This document shows, piece by piece, positions 18,597-24,000 of a stretch of DNA of 24,000 nucleotides. Within the stretch, counting starts at the first letter, position 1. Each line of letters opens with the position of its first letter. The position numbers and the translations under genes were made by a program. Source of the DNA: Methanocaldococcus lauensis (GTDB lineage Archaea > AGJL01 > Methanococci > Methanococcales > Methanocaldococcaceae); NCBI RefSeq assembly GCF_902827225.1, contig NZ_LR792632.1, positions 119,030-143,029 of the forward strand, read 5' to 3'. The notes below the pieces were generated by a model. It saw only the letters and a program-made list of their open reading frames with translations, was not told where the DNA came from and ran no database searches.

Positions 18597-18821
18597 GGAA
18601 GTATTCTCAATCGAAGGATTATTGAAGAAGTAGATTGGATGAAACCAATATGTCCAAGACTTTTATGTTTTGCAGATAATGTAAATTTAGCTAAAGCAAT
18701 AAAATACGCTTCTGAAAAAGTAAATGGAAGTGGGGGAAGGCATAAATTTGCTTGTGGAGCATATATACCAAATAATAAAAGGGAGTTTATAAAATATCTT
18801 AAATTATTTTATGGTGATATT
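18597..18821 (+). pseudogene. Possible C-terminal remnant of a DHH/DHHA1-family phosphoesterase, in frame with cas6b
   Basis: The frame is open from 18597. ..[31 protein letters not shown].. resembles the DHHA1 GGGHxxAAG motif region with two substitutions. There is no N-terminal DHH domain upstream, only CRISPR-repeat debris. Confidence 0.3.
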
Positions 18822-19487
18822 GTGCAAATTCCACTTTTAATAGTTCGTTTAAAAACAGATAAACCACTTAAAAAATCACAAACACCATTTTTGAGAGGTT
18901 ATATTTTAAATATATTTGGTAAAGAAAATTATGTGGAGTTGCATAATCATAGCGGGAATGGTTTTGTCTATACCTATCCAAAAATACAGTATAAAATCAT
19001 TAGTGGAGATGCTGTTTTAATTGGTATAAAAGAAGGAATAAACATTTTGGGAGAGATTATTTTAGACATTAGAGAGTTGAATTTGAAAGGGGAAGTTTAT
19101 AAGGTTGTAAATGGTTATGCAAAGGTTAAATTTGAAGAATTTGGAGTTGCTGATGAGATGATAAAATATAAGTTTATCTCTCCATGGATTGCTTTGAATG
19201 AGAAAAATTATTTAAAATATAAAGAGTTGGATGATGAAGGAAAAAAAGAACTGTTAGAAAGGATTTTAGTTGGAAATGTTTTGTCAATGAGTAAGTATTT
19301 AAATTACACTGTTGAAGAAAAACTAAAAGCAGAGTTTTTAAAATTTAATGATTTAGTTGTTAAATACAAAGGCAATAAGTTTATTGGCTTTTTTGGAGAA
19401 TTTTTAATTAACTTTAATATTCCAAATTATTTAGGAATTGGTAGAAAAGTTTCTAAGGGCTTTGGAAGTGTTGTTAGAATACCATAG
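18822..19487 (+). CDS. cas6b: CRISPR RNA endonuclease Cas6b-like
   Basis: ..[18 protein letters not shown] (H-x-H)..YTYPKIQYK.. and the C-terminal glycine-rich loop [13 protein letters not shown]. The GTG at 18822 is preceded by GGTGATATT, the same box used by cas3 (GGTGATATT-ATG). The ORF track instead starts at an upstream ATG (18639) inside the in-frame remnant. Confidence 0.7.
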   Translation: MQIPLLIVRLKTDKPLKKSQTPFLRGYILNIFGKENYVELHNHSGNGFVYTYPKIQYKIISGDAVLIGIKEGINILGEIILDIRELNLKGEVYKVVNGYAKVKFEEFGVADEMIKYKFISPWIALNEKNYLKYKELDDEGKKELLERILVGNVLSMSKYLNYTVEEKLKAEFLKFNDLVVKYKGNKFIGFFGEFLINFNIPNYLGIGRKVSKGFGSVVRIP

Positions 19488-19531
19488 ATAGGACTTTGCT
19501 TCCTTTATTGGCATATATTTCTATTTTTTTA

Positions 19532-19568
19532 ATTTGTATCCTTGTTTTAATGGACTACCTATTCAAAC
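19532..19568 (-). repeat. Solitary class B CRISPR repeat (37 nt, 5 mismatches to the copy at 21192-21228)
   Basis: ATTTGTATCCTTGTTTTAATGGACTACCTATTCAAAC compared with GTTTCCATCCTTGTTTTAATGGACTACCGATTTAAAC. Confidence 0.8.
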
Positions 19569-19805
19569 CCTTACAACTATTGCTTATTTTATACTCAAAC
19601 TCCTATATATAATTTTCTTTTTTTAGGTGAATTTTCTGACTGCCTATTTATCAAACCATTTATAATCTTAAAATTCCTTACGGAATTTTAAAACTTATTC
19701 GCTACGCTCATAAGAAGTAAGAAAGATTATGCAATAATTTTATAAATAAAATGCACAAATTGTAAAGAAAAAAATTTCAATAAAATGAAAATATTGTTTT
19801 TATAT
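19569..19805 (-). promoter_or_regulatory. Leader copy a (paralog of the leader at 21229-21410), carrying a 48-nt double-hairpin insertion
   Basis: It aligns by eye with 21229-21410 over most positions (..CAACTATTGCTTATTYTATAYTCAAACTCCTATATA.., ..TTTTCTGACTGCCT.., ..GTAAGAAAG.., ..TATAAATAAAATGCACAA..). The segment 19666-19713 is absent from copy b. Confidence 0.7.
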
Positions 19806-19822
19806 AATTTAGTAGAGAATCT

Positions 19823-19871
19823 GTTTTATTCCTTATTTTATGGAGTGAATCTTTGGACTAAGGATTCAAAC
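19823..19871 (-). repeat. Degenerate class B repeat with a 13-nt internal insertion
   Basis: GTTTTATTCCTTATTTTATGGA[GTGAATCTTTGGA]CTAAGGATTCAAAC. Confidence 0.6.
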
Positions 19872-19886
19872 TTAAAAACCTCTTTT

Positions 19887-20384
19887 CTAAATCTTTGGGA
19901 AATACTTATATTTATCCCCCTCTCGTTCCCCAATCTTTTTTAAATGCCTTAAAATATTTTCAAAGCCTTTAACATTTTGAAATTCAACAATATTTAATAA
20001 ATATTGAATTTTATTAGCGTATTCTTTAGCATCATTTACTTCTTTTATTGTTATTTTATGAATAATGTTATAATCTGAAAGTTTTCTTAAATTGTGGAGA
20101 TTGTATAACATATTGGATATTTCCATTAATTCTTGACTTTTTATTATCTTTGAGAGCTTGTATAAGTAAATTCTAATTATTTTATGAACTAATCCAGATG
20201 TGTAATATTTTTCAAGTTCTTCTCTTTTATCTATATCCCATATAATCTCTCTAAGAGTTAAAAAGATTGAATAATAGTATCTTCCAATTGCAGTTCTATA
20301 TTTTCCTTCTTTTGGAAGTGTTTCAAAGTTAGGAAGTTTTTCAGCAATTTCTTTAAATTCATCTACATTAAATTTTTTATTCAT
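19887..20384 (-). CDS. HEPN-domain protein (classical HEPN/UPF0332-like), putative toxin
   Basis: ..YRTAIGRYYYSIFLTLREII.. and ..LHNLRKLSDYN.. resemble the two conserved helices of the classical HEPN domain (R..DY). The start overlaps the upstream gene by 8 nt (ATGAATAA). Confidence 0.55.
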   Translation of the reverse strand: MNKKFNVDEFKEIAEKLPNFETLPKEGKYRTAIGRYYYSIFLTLREIIWDIDKREELEKYYTSGLVHKIIRIYLYKLSKIIKSQELMEISNMLYNLHNLRKLSDYNIIHKITIKEVNDAKEYANKIQYLLNIVEFQNVKGFENILRHLKKIGEREGDKYKYFPKI

Positions 20385-20763
20385 TGTATTCCCTCATAAT
20401 AATTACTGCATTATAAAGAGGGGCATCCTCAAATTTAGAATCTATGAGAGAATACAACTTATTTTCAATTATAATTTTTTCATTTGAATCAATATCTTTA
20501 ACCAAAACACAAATTATGTTCATTTCATCATCTAAATCGTAATCTAATAATATACTAAAATTTAAATTTTTATGATATTTCTTTAAATACTTTTCAACAT
20601 ACTCAGCAATTTCAAAGGCAATATTTTTATTTTTTGAATATTTTTCAAATAATTTGGTTTTTTTAAATTTCTTTTTTAATGCTTCTTTTTTTAAAATCTC
20701 TATTGCCTCTTTTTTTGATATTAAAGCAGGAAGTTCTAAAGTTACCTTAACTTTAGATTTCAC
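20377..20763 (-). CDS. HEPN-associated partner protein with an RHH-like N-terminus and no recognisable nucleotidyltransferase motif
   Basis: The GTG start is preceded by GGTGATACT. The N-terminus KVKVTLELPALISKKEAIEILKKEAL fits a beta-strand plus helix. There is no G[SG]..DxD minimal-nucleotidyltransferase (MNT) signature. It is translationally coupled to the HEPN gene. Confidence 0.45.
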   Translation of the reverse strand: MKSKVKVTLELPALISKKEAIEILKKEALKKKFKKTKLFEKYSKNKNIAFEIAEYVEKYLKKYHKNLNFSILLDYDLDDEMNIICVLVKDIDSNEKIIIENKLYSLIDSKFEDAPLYNAVIIMREYNE

Positions 20764-20836
20764 AGTATCACCAAAATTATAATATAGGTTTTAAAAATAT
20801 TTAAAAATATTGGTAGAGTGTTTTTAAAAACAAAAA

Positions 20837-21228
20837 AAGTTTTTTATTAATCCATAGAAAGGCAAAACCTCCTCTATTGGAAATTCCCCCTTTTTAGAAA
20901 AACTATTTTTTATCCTTGTTTTAATAAACCCATAGGAGGGTTTCACCCTCCTATTGGTATACCTCCCATATTAAGCTTGCTTTTTTTAATTTAGGGTATA
21001 GGGCGGAGCCCCCTATTGGTATACCCCCAGAGTATTCTATTTTTTATTTGTTATTCCTTGTTTTAATAAACCCATAGGGGCTTCGCCCCTATTGGTATAC
21101 CCCATTTAATTTTAGTTATTATCCTTATTTTAATAGACTATCGATTCAAACATCCAATGAGAGCAGTACAAATGCATCCTGATCCCAACAAGTTTCCATC
21201 CTTGTTTTAATGGACTACCGATTTAAAC
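20837..21228 (-). CRISPR. CRISPR array B, largely decayed: two 37-nt repeats, then mini-repeat/hairpin units
   Basis: Repeat B1 is at 21192-21228 and B2 at 21115-21151 (7 mismatches), separated by a 40-nt spacer. Leftward lie mini-repeats at 21050-21071 and 20911-20929, with remnants near 20981-20990 and 20837-20850. Each is followed by a hairpin element (21071-21103, 20994-21028, 20929-20967, 20852-20890). Confidence 0.75.
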
Positions 21229-21410
21229 ACTACCAACTATTGCTTATTCTATATTCAAACTCCTATATAAATCTTTCTTTTAACACTCGATTTTTCTGAC
21301 TGCCTGATTATCAAAGTATTTATAAGAGTAAGAAAGTTTGTGCTAACTATTTATAAATAAAATGCACAACCACGAACAAAAATCTCAATAATTAAAAGTT
21401 ATTTTATATC
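21229..21410 (-). promoter_or_regulatory. Leader copy b of array B with a candidate TATA box
   Basis: Adjacent to the best-conserved class B repeat. On the minus strand TTTATATA (complement of 21264-21271) lies about 40 nt upstream of the repeat. It is a paralog of 19569-19805. Confidence 0.65.
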
Positions 21411-21661
21411 TTTATATCTTTAAAAATAAAATCAAACTTAAAACACATAAAATAAAAACAAATAACTAAAATCTATAAAAAATCTAAATTTTAATAGGAA
21501 AAAATTAGTATTACTTTTTACCATTTTTCTAGTACCAAATCCAAACAACCCCTTTATAAAAGCAAGAAAGTAAAATTAAAAAATCTAATATATATATTAA
21601 AAAATCCAATAACAAAAACTAAATACAATAATACATAAAAACTTATGCTAAAGGTGATATT

Positions 21662-23056
21662 ATGCTACTATCTCATCCAAATTATCCTTTAAAAAGTCAT
21701 CTGATTAATACAAAAAATAGAGCATTGGAAAAATACAAACCTCCAAAATTAAAATATTTTGAAGGAGAAATAATAAGAGAAATTTTAAAAATCATAACAT
21801 TATCACACGATTTTGGAAAAGCAACAATTTACTTTCAAAAATACATTAGAGGAGAAAAAGTCAAAAATTCTTTAAAAAAATATTCTACAATTTCATTTTT
21901 ATTAACAAACTATGTAATTGAAGAGTTTCTAAAGAATTACAACATAAAAAATAACTATTATCAACTATTTTCTTTGTGTGTTAAAAATCACCACTCCTTT
22001 ATAAGCAATCCAATACACGACTTAGGTAGTGTAGAGGAAAATAAAGACTTACTAAAAGAGCAGTTTAACTCATTGGACATTGATTTTATAAACAATATTT
22101 TGAAAGAAAATAATTTACCAGTAATTGAAGATGACTTTTCTAATATCTTAGAAAAATTTTATAATTTAGAGGATATTTATGAAGATTTGTATGATGAAAA
22201 TAATGAGCTAAAATATGAGTTCTATTTACTCTACCTATATTTATTTTCGTTGTTAATATGTTCTGACAAAGAAGATGCAATATTTAAAGGTAGAATTGTA
22301 AAAAGCTATCCAACACTACCATATAGCATTGAAAATTATATCAAAAATCTCCCAAAGAAAAATGACATTGACTATCTAAGAACAAAAATGTTTTTTGAAA
22401 TAGATAAAAAGGTTGATGAAATTGATTTGAATCATAGAATTTACTCTTTGAATGCTCCAACTGGAATGGGAAAAACTTTAACTATCTTCAATTTTGCATT
22501 AAAATTGGCTAATAGAATCAAAAGAGAAAAAGGCATTAACATGAGAATAATTTATTGCCTACCATTTTTAAGTATCATAGACCAAAATTATGCTGTTTTA
22601 GAAAAAGTATTAGAAAAAACTTTAAAAAATCAAATAACATCTGATATTCTTTTAAAACATCACCACTTATCAGATATTTCTTATAAAATAGAGGAGGAAG
22701 AAGTAGATGTTGATGAATCTCTCCATTTAATAGAAACATGGAACTCAAAAATAATAACTACAACTTTTATGCAACTTTTTTATAGTATATTTTCTAACAA
22801 AAACAAAAATTTAAAAAAATTTTATGCATTAAGTAATTCAATAATTATCTTAGATGAGATACAGGCAATTCCTTATAAATATTGGCATGCGATAAATAAA
22901 ATCTTCAAATTTTTGGCAGAGGAATATAATATTTACTTTATATTATGCACAGCAACACTTCCAATGATTTTTGAAGATAATATAGAGCTCTTAGATAATA
23001 AAGAAGAATACTTCAACAAAATGAATAGAACAAAAAAGAGATTTATAATGCATTAA
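21662..23056 (+). CDS. cas3: Cas3 part 1: HD nuclease domain and helicase motifs I-III
   Basis: HD motif ..LSHDFGKAT.., also ..NHHSF.. and ..CSDKEDA... Helicase motif I NAPTGMGKT, motif II ILDEIQ, motif III CTATLP. GGTGATATT-ATG start. It ends 5 codons after an A_AAA_AAG heptamer. Confidence 0.85.
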   Translation: MLLSHPNYPLKSHLINTKNRALEKYKPPKLKYFEGEIIREILKIITLSHDFGKATIYFQKYIRGEKVKNSLKKYSTISFLLTNYVIEEFLKNYNIKNNYYQLFSLCVKNHHSFISNPIHDLGSVEENKDLLKEQFNSLDIDFINNILKENNLPVIEDDFSNILEKFYNLEDIYEDLYDENNELKYEFYLLYLYLFSLLICSDKEDAIFKGRIVKSYPTLPYSIENYIKNLPKKNDIDYLRTKMFFEIDKKVDEIDLNHRIYSLNAPTGMGKTLTIFNFALKLANRIKREKGINMRIIYCLPFLSIIDQNYAVLEKVLEKTLKNQITSDILLKHHHLSDISYKIEEEEVDVDESLHLIETWNSKIITTTFMQLFYSIFSNKNKNLKKFYALSNSIIILDEIQAIPYKYWHAINKIFKFLAEEYNIYFILCTATLPMIFEDNIELLDNKEEYFNKMNRTKKRFIMH

Positions 23057-23817
23057 AAGAAATGGATTTAGAGGGAGATTTTTACTATTTATCAACAAAC
23101 ATCTATCCAAAAGAGAGATTAAATAGGATTAAAGAAATAAACAGAAATAAGAATAGGAAGATTATTGTTTCAACTCAATTAATTGAGGCTGGAGTTGATA
23201 TAAGCGTTGATGTGATTTATAGAGATATTGCTCCTTTTGATGCTATAAATCAAACTGCTGGAAGGAGACATAATGAAGGTAGAAGGGGAATAGTAAATAT
23301 TGTTAAGTTAGTGGATGATAAAGGAAGGAAATATGCCTCTTACATTTATGAAAAGCATCTTATAACTAAGACAGAGGAATTGTTAAATAAGTATGATGTT
23401 ATTGATGAAAGAGAATTTTTAAAATTAAACATCAAATATTTCCAAAAATTGAGGAATTATAAGGACAAATCAAAAGAAATCTTAAAAATAATTGAGAACT
23501 TTAAATATGATGAAATTAATAATAAATTTAAGCTAATTGAAAATCCTCCATCTATTGACTTGTTTGTTTGTGTTGAAGATGAAGCAGAAAAGGTTTGGGG
23601 GGAATATAAGACAATAATGGAAATAAAAAATATTTATGAAAGAAGAAAAAAATTTTTAGAAATAAAAAAGAAGTTTTATGAGTATGTTATAAGTGTTCCA
23701 GAGTATAGTATAAAAGGAAAGAATATTTTATTTAACCATTTGGATAAAATTGATGAAAAATATTATGATAGAGAAACGGGGTTTAAGATTGTTGAAGATA
23801 ATACACTAATACTATAA
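23029..23817 (+). CDS. cas3: Cas3 part 2: helicase C-terminal half, in the -1 frame relative to part 1
   Basis: The frame is open from 23029, and the first ATG is at 23062. ..VSTQLIEAGVDISVDVIYRDIAP.. is motif V and ..NQTAGRRHNEGRRG.. is motif VI. Homology continues across the junction if the reading shifts -1 at 23032-23038. Confidence 0.8.
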   Translation, partial: NKKEIYNALKEMDLEGDFYYLSTNIYPKERLNRIKEINRNKNRKIIVSTQLIEAGVDISVDVIYRDIAPFDAINQTAGRRHNEGRRGIVNIVKLVDDKGRKYASYIYEKHLITKTEELLNKYDVIDEREFLKLNIKYFQKLRNYKDKSKEILKIIENFKYDEINNKFKLIENPPSIDLFVCVEDEAEKVWGEYKTIMEIKNIYERRKKFLEIKKKFYEYVISVPEYSIKGKNILFNHLDKIDEKYYDRETGFKIVEDNTLIL

Positions 23818-23840
23818 TACAATAAATATAACAAAAAACT

Positions 23841-24000
23841 TTAGATAACTATATTTTTCCAAGGCATTTTATCTATCTTCCCTAAGTATTTATCCAATAA
23901 CTTATCTTTTTTTAATGCACTAATTAAGTTTGTTGGATTTTTTGAAACATCCAAATAATTACTAAGATTTTCATCTCCTCTGGCTAAAACACACTGACAA
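23841..24000 (-). CDS. 3' end of an unidentified minus-strand ORF (continues beyond the window)
   Basis: My own translation of the minus strand gives 52 open codons, ..CQCVLARGDENLSNYLDVSKNPTNLISALKKDKLLDKYLGKIDKMPWKNIVI, then a stop (stop complement at 23841-23843). It is not in the supplied track and I recognise no family. Confidence 0.3.
   Translation of the reverse strand, partial: CQCVLARGDENLSNYLDVSKNPTNLISALKKDKLLDKYLGKIDKMPWKNIVI

Noticed and set aside
18353-18610. 85-aa minus-strand ORF spanning the dacZ 3' end and the repeat cluster
   Set aside because: Its PIGGFHPPIGIPP segment is simply the translated hairpin element and mini-repeats. It overlaps dacZ in antisense and has no start context.
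17517-18640. Functional link between dacZ (c-di-AMP synthesis) and the adjacent CRISPR locus, as in cyclic-oligoadenylate signalling
   Set aside because: DacZ is a housekeeping cyclase in archaea and makes c-di-AMP, not type III cOA. No CARF or Csm6-type sensor is visible. The adjacency is more simply explained by insertion of the CRISPR locus.
21662-23817. Idea that cas3 also carries a large internal deletion between motifs III and V
   Set aside because: Reading through the -1 shift recovers a plausible NT..A..Y..L segment and normal spacing. A single frameshift therefore explains the split, and no deletion is needed.

Overview
AT-rich archaeal chromosomal segment. Gene content, GGTGA-type ribosome-binding sites and the CRISPR repeat family point to Methanococcales (Methanocaldococcus or Methanotorris-like); this is judged by eye, without a search. 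Housekeeping blocks: pstB (3' part) and phoU; ilvD, leuD, thrC; a TIM-barrel isomerase-like gene, a CbiZ-like gene and a ferredoxin; GTP cyclohydrolase III and a Dus-like TIM-barrel protein; hemA, sirC and a radical-SAM/TRAM protein; a RimK-type ATP-grasp ligase and the diadenylate cyclase dacZ. There are two accessory islands. Island 1 (about 1.17-5.9 kb) holds an RHH gene, a beta-class SPPY methyltransferase and a convergent putative endonuclease (type II R-M). It also holds a CofE-like paralog sharing a symmetric divergent promoter with the endonuclease, a 13-repeat CRISPR array (32-nt repeat, read on the minus strand) with a decayed trailer, its leader, and a GC-rich structured-RNA candidate. 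Island 2 (about 18.44-23.8 kb) is a rearranged, reduced CRISPR-Cas locus. It contains cas6b, whose ORF runs in frame through a DHHA1-like gene remnant, and cas3 split at an A_AAA_AAG heptamer. It also contains two copies of a roughly 200-nt leader, a second repeat class (37 nt) and a 24-nt deletion derivative of it. A two-gene HEPN module sits between CRISPR repeats where the effector genes would normally be. The most unusual signal is a family of small hairpin elements with conserved flanks and length-variable but always complementary stems. They abut CRISPR repeat ends and fill spacer slots in both islands. An approximately 80-bp near-perfect inverted repeat containing one of them brackets the cas6b/HEPN segment. 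All functional calls rest on motifs I recognise in the translations; no database search was possible.
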